Below, piece by piece: positions 9,379 to 19,300 of a DNA stretch of 64,000 nt. Source of the stretch: a virus (lineage: Duplodnaviria; Caudoviricetes). Made by a program: the position numbers and the translations under genes. Position 1 is the first letter of the stretch. Each line of letters opens with the position of its first letter. The DNA lies in the IMG/VR virus record IMGVR_UViG_3300031555_010877, positions 1 to 64,000 of that record; one strand, given 5' to 3'. The notes beneath the pieces are model-generated. The model did not search any database, had not been told where the DNA came from, and worked only from the letters and a program-made list of their open reading frames with translations.

Positions 9379-11127
9379 TTAAGCAAAAAGAGCGTTAACT
9401 TCATCAACTGTGATTGCAGAAAAACTGTTGATTGCAGATGTGTTTGCAGCGATTGCTGTTTCATTTGCAGCAATTCTTGCTACAGCAGCTTCAAGGTCAT
9501 CAGCTTCAGCTTTGTCAGCAAGTGTTGTATTGATTGTGCCAATTGCTGTTTCATTTGCAGCAATTCTTACTACAGCAGCTTCAAGGTCGGCCTGAGAAGC
9601 TTTAAGAGCGATAGCAGATGCATTAGCTTCATGTGCAGCTTTGTTTGCAGCAGCAAGAGCTTCAACAGCATCCATTTCAGACTGAAGTGTGTCGATTTCG
9701 CCTTCAGCTGTACCTACGCGGCCTGTGAGGGATGTTACATCAGAAGCAAGAGCATGTTTTGCAGATTCTGTTTCAAGAGTTGCAACACGAGCTTCAATCA
9801 GAGCATCTTCATCGTCAGCATATTTTTTAGCAGCGGCAAGAACAGCTTCGTCTTTTGTATCAGCATTTGTACCTGCTGTAGCAATTGCTTCTGCTTTTGC
9901 ATCAGCAATCATATCTTCTACAGAACCTTCGCCATCGCCGAATTTGCCTTCAAGAACATCAAGACGGCCTTTGATAGCTGTGTCTTCGCCCTGGAGAGCA
10001 GTGATAGCTTCACCGTTAGCTGTTACTTTGCCGGAAAGTTCTGTTACTACAGAAGATTCAGCTTTTGTACCGATTTTGCCTTCGAGTTCTGCTTTAAGAG
10101 CAGCATCAGCACCAGCAAAGTCGTGGTCTGTTGCAACGTGGTCTGCGATAGCTTTTGTATTAGCAGCAATATCTTTTACCATTTCATCAGCAGCAGCACC
10201 ATCAGTGTCAATATAGTTCTGAATTTCAACTAATGTATCTAATGCATTTTTAAGGTTTTCGCCTTCGCCTTCATCTTCAGCAGCACCTACAAAGAATGCT
10301 TCAACTTTTTCAAGTCTTTCATCAAGACCAGCTTCAACACCAGCAGCACGTTCTGCTTCAGCTTCAACAAGACCTACGATGCGAGCATCTTCGCCTTCAA
10401 GAGCCTGAACTTTTGTATCGTAATCAGACTGTTTTACAGCAGCATTAGCAATACTGGAAACTGCATCAAGAGCAGACTGGTCAGCTTTTGTACTGATTTT
10501 ACCTTCAAGTTCTGTTTTGTCAGCACCTTTGAGGTAGTCGCCTTCAATTGTGGAAACTTTGTTTTCAACAGTTGTTACACGGTTGCCAAGTGCTTCAAGG
10601 TTACCGGATGTAGCAATACCATCAGTTTTCTTGTTGATGTAAGCAACAACAGATGTTTCACCTTCTGGGAGTTCGCCTACAACACCTTCGAGAGCATCTA
10701 CTTCACCCTGTACTTTTGCAACTTCGCCATCTGTGTAGGATTTAGCCTGTGCAAGGATGCCGCTTTCTGTATTGTTGATTGCAGCAATATCTGTTTTATT
10801 CTGTTCAGCAACAGCAGAAACTGCATCAATTTTGCCCTGAAGTTCAGATTTTGCATCAGAAACAGCTTTGGAAACAGAACCTTCGCCTGTGCCTTTAAGT
10901 GTTTCGATATCAGATTTGTTAGTAGCTACCTGACCATTAGCAAGCGCATCTGTGTATGCTTTAGCATTTGCTTCAGCTGTGGAAGCAGAGCCAGCAGCAT
11001 CATAATTTTTGCCAAGACCTTCTGCATGAGCTTTAGCAGCAGCCAACACTTTTGCGTCTTCAGCTTTAACCTGGTCAACAAGAGCACCAAGGGCAGTAGT
11101 GTCTAAATATTTTTTAATATCAGCCAT
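9379..11127 (-). CDS. Coiled-coil fibre/whisker-like structural protein
   Basis: Ala/Glu-rich heptads, an LDTLxEIxxYI motif shared with the tail fibre, and a duplicated DLEAAVxRIAANETAI. Confidence 0.7.
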   Translation of the reverse strand: MADIKKYLDTTALGALVDQVKAEDAKVLAAAKAHAEGLGKNYDAAGSASTAEANAKAYTDALANGQVATNKSDIETLKGTGEGSVSKAVSDAKSELQGKIDAVSAVAEQNKTDIAAINNTESGILAQAKSYTDGEVAKVQGEVDALEGVVGELPEGETSVVAYINKKTDGIATSGNLEALGNRVTTVENKVSTIEGDYLKGADKTELEGKISTKADQSALDAVSSIANAAVKQSDYDTKVQALEGEDARIVGLVEAEAERAAGVEAGLDERLEKVEAFFVGAAEDEGEGENLKNALDTLVEIQNYIDTDGAAADEMVKDIAANTKAIADHVATDHDFAGADAALKAELEGKIGTKAESSVVTELSGKVTANGEAITALQGEDTAIKGRLDVLEGKFGDGEGSVEDMIADAKAEAIATAGTNADTKDEAVLAAAKKYADDEDALIEARVATLETESAKHALASDVTSLTGRVGTAEGEIDTLQSEMDAVEALAAANKAAHEANASAIALKASQADLEAAVVRIAANETAIGTINTTLADKAEADDLEAAVARIAANETAIAANTSAINSFSAITVDEVNALFA

Positions 11128-11150
11128 AATAAATTTTCTCCTTCAATTTA

Positions 11151-12323
11151 TCAATTAAATAAAGCTATAACCTCATCTGTGGTTATAGATTGTGTTTTAT
11201 CTGCGACTACGTGATAATCGTTTTCTTTTTCAATCCATACAGCAATATGCTCATTACCGTCGGTGGTATTAGCATATACTGTTTGCTCAACGCCGAGTGC
11301 TGGAAACTCAGTGCCTACAAATACAATTTCAGTTGGTTTTTCCGTAATCTGAACCCATTCATTATTACGGTAAGTCCATAAAACTGCACTTTCAATCACA
11401 AAATAGTAGGCTCCATTAACAGGAGATTCCAACTCTTTTCGGTTTTTTTCCGTCTCTAATTCTGTGATTTGATTATAAAATTTTCTCTTGCCTTTAAAGT
11501 CAAAAGCAATACGACACAAGTCCTGAATAAAAATCAGCTGTCCGTCTCTGATAACCAAATCAGCTATTTTAGATGACGATGTGGCAATTACTTTTAAGCC
11601 CTGACTAGCAGCTGCAACATATGTGCCTGTATTCTTATCATAAGTAAGTTTAAATCCGTCAGCCAGATATTTACTGTCAACGGCAGCATCAAATGTACCG
11701 CCTGATATAGCAACTTCGTTGTCGCTACCTTCTGCCACTGTCAAAGCAGCAATGTGTCCACCACTGATAGAAGTGCTCTGATTTGCAGGATTATAATCAG
11801 CAACACCCATATATAAAGATTCTATCGTACCATCAACTACAGTTAATACGCTTGTTGTATCAACGCTCTCAATGATGCCACCACTGATAGTCAGCTCACC
11901 ACAGTTTGCAATAGCCGGAGAACTGCCATCATAAGATTTGAATGTGCCGCCATAAATAACAGATGTACCATAAACGGAGTTATTGTAATAAAAATTATAT
12001 AAAGCATAATTTCCAACAAATGCTCCGTCATATATAGTTACAGAACCATAGTTACCGATAGCGTGTCCAAGAGTATTAGTAATACCACCAGTCTTCTTGG
12101 AGCTACTGTCTATAATTGTCAGTACACCTTTTGTGCCGACATAGATAGCACCATAACTATCATCAATATCACCCGTAATCGTATAACCGTTCAAGTCAAG
12201 CGTTATCACATTTGATACCGAAATTCTGCTCGTTAAAACAATATCACTTGTCAGTACAACAGTTTCACCAACTGCAGCGTTGTTTATTGCAGCCTGTAAA
12301 GCACCATTTTCAACACTAATCAT
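11151..12323 (-). CDS. Tail-associated protein with an N-terminal beta-helix/adhesin-like domain
   Basis: LQAAINNA...TLDLNGYTI and repeated xISGGxF motifs. Confidence 0.6.
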   Translation of the reverse strand: MISVENGALQAAINNAAVGETVVLTSDIVLTSRISVSNVITLDLNGYTITGDIDDSYGAIYVGTKGVLTIIDSSSKKTGGITNTLGHAIGNYGSVTIYDGAFVGNYALYNFYYNNSVYGTSVIYGGTFKSYDGSSPAIANCGELTISGGIIESVDTTSVLTVVDGTIESLYMGVADYNPANQSTSISGGHIAALTVAEGSDNEVAISGGTFDAAVDSKYLADGFKLTYDKNTGTYVAAASQGLKVIATSSSKIADLVIRDGQLIFIQDLCRIAFDFKGKRKFYNQITELETEKNRKELESPVNGAYYFVIESAVLWTYRNNEWVQITEKPTEIVFVGTEFPALGVEQTVYANTTDGNEHIAVWIEKENDYHVVADKTQSITTDEVIALFN

Positions 12324-12381
12324 ATTTCATCGTCACCTCCTTGCTGTTAAATTTTAAGATTTTCATATTTGAGGTACCTTC

Positions 12382-12789
12382 TTAGAATTCAACAACCTCA
12401 ATTGCAGACTCAGAGTGTTCCTCAATCATTGCCTGCACGGTTTCTGCATCAACTTTCTTTTCCAGTTCTGTTTCGATTTCAGAAACTTGAGCTTCCAATG
12501 TGGATACATCTTCTGATTTACTAAAGTCGACAAATGCTGTGCCATTCCAGAAGTATAAAGAACCGTTACAAATGTATACAACATTTTCTTCACCAACTTC
12601 TGGTAGAGCAGAAACTGTCAACACCTGGTCTTTGCCTTCAGCAAGTTTTACATTGCCTTCTTTTGTAATCCAGCCGATTTTACCTTCGTCCAGAAACAAA
12701 ATGTCATATGCGTCTACAAGACCTTGTTCAATCGCATACTGGATTCTTGCCTCTGAACCAAAGGCGTGCTTTGATTTCAAATCTGACAT
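12382..12789 (-). CDS. Tail-module hypothetical protein
   Basis: ORF with GGAGG RBS; VSALPEVGEENVVY fibre-type motif; ends in VVEF like 21915..22610. Confidence 0.65.
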   Translation of the reverse strand: MSDLKSKHAFGSEARIQYAIEQGLVDAYDILFLDEGKIGWITKEGNVKLAEGKDQVLTVSALPEVGEENVVYICNGSLYFWNGTAFVDFSKSEDVSTLEAQVSEIETELEKKVDAETVQAMIEEHSESAIEVVEF

Positions 12790-12817
12790 TTAATATCCTC
12801 CTTATTCAAAAATATAT

Positions 12818-12845
12818 AAAAAAGCTGTAGCCAAACACTACAGCT
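12818..12845 (-). terminator. Intrinsic terminator
   Basis: AGCTGTAG/CTACAGCT stem with a U tract on the minus strand. Confidence 0.6.
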
Positions 12846-12847
12846 CC

Positions 12848-12979
12848 CTAATGGGCATTTAAAATATAAAATTTTTCTTCACCTGTAATTTTACCATCTT
12901 TAAACAGTGCTTCAATTTTTTCTGCACTTACCTCGTGGTTTCTGTACAGGCGCCACAAAGATTTAACAAATTCTCTCAT
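12848..12979 (-). CDS. Second XkdX-like small protein (43 aa)
   Basis: MREFVKSLWRLYRNHEVSAEKIEALFKDGKITGEEKFYILNAH with AAGGAGG RBS; not in the ORF track. Confidence 0.7.
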   Translation of the reverse strand: MREFVKSLWRLYRNHEVSAEKIEALFKDGKITGEEKFYILNAH

Positions 12980-12989
12980 ACTGACCTCC

Positions 12990-13310
12990 TTATATAATGT
13001 TATCGGCAAGCAGAGTTTTCACAAAATTGTCAATAATCTCTTCAGGAGTTTTGCCATTCAGCATTTTAAGTTGTTTATATTCATATTCATCAATTTCAAC
13101 AACTGAAACCGTATCATAACAATCGGCGTGTTCCGGGATGTTGTAATAGGTTTCTTCGTGCCAAATAGTATTTTTGTCAGAGGATAAAATGGCTTGTGCC
13201 TCAGATTCAGAACACAATACCATAATTTTATGTTTTGGCTGATACTTCAAAAATATCAGCTTGTCGAGGACATCAATGACTTTACCGTCTTTTATTACTT
13301 TATAAAACAT
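12990..13310 (-). CDS. Hypothetical tail-module protein
   Basis: ORF with GGAGG RBS, co-oriented with neighbouring genes. Confidence 0.65.
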   Translation of the reverse strand: MFYKVIKDGKVIDVLDKLIFLKYQPKHKIMVLCSESEAQAILSSDKNTIWHEETYYNIPEHADCYDTVSVVEIDEYEYKQLKMLNGKTPEEIIDNFVKTLLADNII

Positions 13311-13329
13311 AAATCCTCCATATATAAAT

Positions 13330-13357
13330 AATGCTGCGAGAGTTACCCCGCAGCATT
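13330..13357 (-). terminator. Hairpin after the giant tail gene
   Basis: AATGCTGCG...CGCAGCATT inverted repeat. Confidence 0.45.
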
Positions 13358-13360
13358 TAA

Positions 13361-16300
13361 TTAAAATGATATTTCGATTAACACACCGGATTCACTGTTT
13401 GCAGTGTTAAATCCTGATAGTGCACCAGTTGCAAGTACCTGATATACATAGGAAGCATATTCCACATTAGGTGAACGCAACCAATATTTAGAATAGTCAC
13501 CGCCATCATATGCACGTTTGCGGGAATCATTTGTAGTCAGATATGATATAGCTGTGCCTTCATTGATATAAGGCTCATCTGTCATAGATGCATCCACTTC
13601 TATACAGGAAGGTATAGTGATATAACAATCGGCTGTATCTGTTTCAGTCGACATATTACCAAGGGTATATGGCACCTCAACCTGTTTTGTCAGCAATTGA
13701 ATTTGTACAGGCAGTGCCTGATACAGTCTGCCATTCAGCACTTTGTTCAGCGCTGATTCAGCCCAACCGCCAACAGTAGAGTTGGTCACATTCCATTTAT
13801 GGTTTCTGTCAAGCAGATGTGTTGCAAGCAAACTGAAAGAGCAACGTTTAGAAGCATTATCACTCAGATAATACTTTCTGAAACCGCACACTTCCATATC
13901 TACTTTTTCGTGTGTCCACAAGGCAAGCTCTCTGCATACACTGTCACCAAGGTCTTTAAACCACACCTTACACCAGTTGATGTTACCGATACCATAATTT
14001 TCATACATACCGTCATCAGCTTTAGCACATCCAAGTACAAGGGTGCTGTCAGCCATTGTTGCTTTAGTTCTTTCGAGTGTAGTTACGGCAATGTTTTCTC
14101 CGTCAAAATTAGATTTGTAAACTGTCAGATTATTGTCACCTGCAGTATGTCTTAACACAACAACTTCACGCTGATTTTCCTGAGCAACATTATCAATCGT
14201 TGTACCCCAGGTCAGTTTTGCTCCTTTAGCAGAGGAACTGTTGTTATACCAGAGTTTAAAGCCATTGCTGCCATTGCCCTGATAGCACTGTGCAAGAACA
14301 CTGTTCATATTGTTACCCGAGAGGAATTCGTAATCTATAACGAGTACAAAGTCCTTATCCTCATCAAACAGTTTGATATCTGTGTCAACATATTTAGAAC
14401 CATCAAAATATGTCTTTTCGCTGATTACTGTTCTTGATTCAATGTCATCGTAATCAACATCTCGTCCAATAACAAATGAATATGCATCCTTATCTTCAAG
14501 TATCGTTTCTGCAAGACCGAGTTTATTCATTGCATAGATTTCAACAGGCGTCATATCCTTCAGTTCTTTGCCGTCAAACGCACCTGTCTTGTATTCAAAT
14601 CTATCAAAAATAGCTTCAATGGTCTTTTCACCATCGATAAATCCGCTCTTATCCCATCTGTTGAACAGATAGAATACATATCCACTTTCTTCAAGTGTGT
14701 ATGTCGGTGTGTCACCTGTGTATGGCACGTTGGCACCATATTTATCGATGCTTTCCTGTTTTGTCACGCCTTTGGAAACATATCTGATTGTATATTCTCG
14801 TAAAGATGAGGTATATACAGCCATAATAGTTCTTGGCTCAAAAATATTCGTTAAGGCTGAATCCCAATTTGTAAAAGTAAAGTCGTGACTTACAGAACTT
14901 TCTTTGGTTGGGATAAGTGGATTTTCACTTCTCGTTGTCGGGTCAACAGCACTGCCACCCTTATCAACATACTGAACTTCCAGAACCGTGTTATCATCGT
15001 TAACAAATGTAACAGCAAACTGTTCAATCATTGTGTCATATGTAATATCAAGGTCAGCCCAAACTTCTTTATATTCATAGTATCTCTGTTCTCTGATAAC
15101 CGGAACGTGAACCTTACCTGTCAATACAGATTGGTCAGCATTGTAACCATTTTTATCTATACCTTTCATAGCATAGATTCTTTCAAGCAAGTCTGTATCT
15201 TCCAGTTCCCAATCAACACCCGTAATTCTAACGCGGTTAACATTAGGGGCACTGCTTAAAATTGTCAGCAAATCAACAGTAGCACAGTTTTCAACTGTCA
15301 ATGTGGTAAGCTTACTAAAATCAGCAATATCAAGAGTTGTGAGATAAATCAGATTTTTCATACTCATTGCATTGATTGCAGGCAATTCAGCAATTTCAAT
15401 CTTACCACCATCTGCAAATGTAACACCACCGATATTGGAACCATGAGCATACAATTTGCGCAGATTAGTTAATGCTGAAAGATTTAATGACTGCGTAAGT
15501 CCTGATACATTTTCAATGTTCAATTCTTCCAACAGATAGTTCGCCCCGGTAGTAAGTGTTGTAAAGTTAGGGTTGTCATAACCTTCAGTATCGTTGCCGA
15601 AAATCAGTTTCTTAACCTTGCTTGCTTTACTTGTATCGGCAGTCGCAACATAACAAGTGGATAAATCGCCAAAGTCCTGAATAAGAGATGAACTGTAAAC
15701 ATCTACGATATCAGCTTTTTCGCCTTCAAATGGTATTTCATATACCTTATTAGGTTCTGCTCTTAACTGAATTGGACTCTGTGTACCGTATTTAACATTC
15801 AAATACATATATGCATATGGTGTCAGTTTCAATCTGTAATTAGGCTGAACTGCTAACTCGCCCAGAGGTACACTGCATCTGAAAACAGAGTTATCACTGG
15901 ATGCTACGGAACTCTGATATTTGGACGCCATGTATTTTTCCTGGCTGCGTTCCCATTGTCTGCGGTGATATTTCATCTTACCGTTAGCCATATTTACAAG
16001 GAACTGAGAGTCACCTTTGCCGTTGATAAAAGAACTGTTATAAGTACGAGTGTATTTTCTTAAAATATCCAAACGCCACAATTCTTCAGGGAACTGATTT
16101 TGCCATTCGTCAGCCTTATTGATAAAACTTTCAGCATGCCAAGCATTTTTAGATTCTAATGTACCATACATTGATTTTAATTCAGAACCAAACAAGTCTC
16201 TGATACGACAGAAGAATGTGCTATCCATCTCACGGAACACTTCTTCACCCTTTTCATCTCTATCAATGTCTTCAAGACCATAGCGATAAACTTGTTTACC

Positions 16301-19300
16301 ATAGTTATTAAGACCTAATGCGGTCAATCTGTTACTTTTATGACCTATCTTTTAGATAGGCGGAAATGGTTCTTCTTTAGCTGGTCTGATTACCAGCGAC
16401 CATTTCTCTCGCACTTCATTAATTTGGGATTATAATGCGAGTTCAGACTGTTGCATAACTTTATAAAACTTCTTCATAAAGTCCTCTCACGCTCAGTCGT
16501 TGTTCCTCTATATATTTACTTTTAAAAACTAAATTATATTTTCTTGTTAATGTTTTATGGTTACACAAGTTACTTACTGTTTGTTTGCTAATATTTAATT
16601 TTTTACTAGCTTCATCTCCAGAATAAAATTCTTGAACAATATTGCCATTATCATCTAATAACAAAACAGTTTTTCGTTGATTACTTTCTGGTCTTGCATT
16701 AATTATTCTTTTATAATTTTTATTTGGGTCATAATCTTTTGTAAATACCCAGACAAATCCTCCTGCTGTTATCTGCCTACTACCATTACGCTCTATGTGT
16801 TCTGTGCATACTTTTGAGATATTAGAAAATGGTATTTTTAATTCACTTGATGCTTCTTGTGCATTATCCCATATTCTAATTAATTCTCCATCTAAACTAA
16901 TTTGACATACTGGTTTGCTGTTTTTACAATTCTTTCCCTTTGGAAAGCTATCTCCACCATATGTATTATTATACCCGTGCTCAAAACTATTATATTTTTC
17001 TATATAATATTTTTCTTTTTCATTTAATTCTTCTTGCGATAATGCGGTATCGTGAATTTCGTCTACTTTAAATGCATCAAAACCATATTTTTTTATAGCC
17101 CGAAAAAGATGTTCATTATAATAATTATTTCTATCTTGAAAATGTTTATAATATTTATACACCCTTTCGATACCATTTCCTTTAAATCTATAACGCCCCT
17201 TAAATCCTCGTGGATTTATAGTTTGACCTATGTACACTTCATTGGTAATTATATTTTCAATTTTATATATAACACCAAAATATTGTTTGCCATTTATTAT
17301 TATGCTCATAAAATCATCCTTTTTGCATAAAAAAGAGGCTCTGCAACATGAGCCTACAAAATAAATGTAAATATATAGTTGGAAGGCGTTGTCCGTCCCA
17401 TCGGATTTTCGCCATATATTAGTGAGAGTTTTACATGGACTACCAATTTTAATCCATGTCATAGCCCCAGTTCAAATCCCATTTTCTGATAGGATTGCCA
17501 TCTGAGTCCACTTCATTTGTTTTACCATAGTGGAAAAACAGATTCTTGGCTCTGTTGTCCACCATACAGTATCTTGTGGTAAACAAGTAATAATAAAGTA
17601 TAGAGTCCAATACTACATAGTTGCCTATACCAGCTCTGAATTCTTCGTCAGTAGAAGTAGTTATAAATCTATATAACTCAATCCACTTCTGTTTACAATA
17701 ATCAAATACCTCAGCATTTTCATTATCATCATCACCTTCATAGATATAACGCCAGCCATATGTAAAGTCCTCGCTAAAGTCATCGTGTTCAAGAATATCC
17801 ACATAATAAGTCTTAGTTAAATCTACTTCTGTATCCTGAGTTAATACATATTCGCCATCAATTAATTCATAAAGAATACCAAGATTTTCATTTTTAGCCC
17901 AAATATAAATCTTTTCTTCTGTCTTTTCGTCAACTTTATAACCCATAGCATTATACATTGTATTAACAGGGAAGTCAGAAAGTGGAAGTTCAACGTCCAT
18001 AATTTCAACACAACATTCATACTTATCATCCATATCTGTCAGTCTCGAAGAATCAGTTTTCTTACTATCTCCGATATTACCGATTGCGTAAAAATGCCAA
18101 TCATTATCTGCAAATTCTCTATGAGTAGAAGTATCTTTATCAGTTTCTTGAATAAAGATTACACAGTTATGAAACTCCATCGTATCTTTAATATAAGCAG
18201 TTTCAGCATCTACTGTTGCTTGAAGTGCTGCTAATTTAGCAATACGCTCATCTTCTGTCATTGCAGCAATTTCTTCATCGGAATATACATCTGACAAATC
18301 TGCCACTCTTATAAATGGTCTATTATAAGGATTAAACTCATTATATCTATTTGCTAACATTGCGTTTGTCATATTATTAGAAGAAGCAATATTAACTTTT
18401 GCATTCAAATAAGCTACAGGAACAGAAGTGCGAGTAAGCGTAATCTTATCTGTTTCAGTTCCATCACCTAATTTGAAATAAGGTTTTACACCTTCAATCT
18501 GAGACTTGTTCATTATAAAGTCAAGGTTTCTACCAGCAGCACCATAGTTGTTAGAACTTGTACCTTGACCGCTATGAGAGCAGTTGTAACAAGTCCAGTT
18601 GTCAAGCACTGGGTCGCCACCTTTATAAATCTGCTGAATTGTTGTATTAGGGACTTTATCACTCTTATTGTTTGTAAAATAAGGAGCGGAAATCTTGTAT
18701 ACCCTTAACCAAGGACATTTTTCAGCAAGAATATCTGGGTCTAATTGACTGTTCTCATTATAAATCTGATTTCGGTCATAACGATTAACCATTTCTTCAG
18801 CATTACGAGCATCGGCAATAAAGTTATTCAAAATGCCTCTATCAGTAAGAGAGGTGTTATAAACTTTAAATCTATAAATATGCAAGTCACAATCTTCAGA
18901 ACCTAAAGATATAACTTTAGGTGTATTCTGAGTAAAGTTGTATGAATCATCATAAACCATTGGACGAGTAGAAACACCGTCCTCATAACCCATTACCATA
19001 GGAATAGCTTCTGTATTCTTAGAAATATTAAACTCAAATTCAATAATATCTTCTTCAGAATAAGGAAGCTGCAAGCTACCAGCCTGACCATAAATGTTAG
19101 CTTCATGTACATCCATCTGGATACCAATATGGTCAGTTTCAGTTGTATTATCCATACAACTCAAGAATGTAGCATCTGGTTTAGCTACATTAGTTGTTTT
19201 AAATACTAATTTAAATTCTTTACCATTTTTCTTTGCATCATCTGCAAAAAGCTGATAATTAATTTCAGCCGATGTGCCTGCCTTGATACAGAAATACTGG

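Noticed and set aside
9450-9590. ~45-bp direct repeat pair as a possible CRISPR or DGR TR/VR
   Set aside because: An in-frame coding duplication (DLEAAVxRIAANETAI) in a coiled-coil protein; only two copies, and no cas or RT gene.
9352-10233. Long plus-strand ORFs (also 39287..40096, 19967..20467, 63227..63610 and similar)
   Set aside because: Antisense shadows of codon-biased minus-strand genes, with no RBS and implausible Cys/Ser/Phe-rich composition.
13361-16327. Separate 988-aa gene starting at TTG 16327 (likewise 43943..44500, 44707..45537 and 56818..57570 as stand-alone genes)
   Set aside because: These are downstream exons. Their apparent starts lie within intron sequence and lack an RBS.
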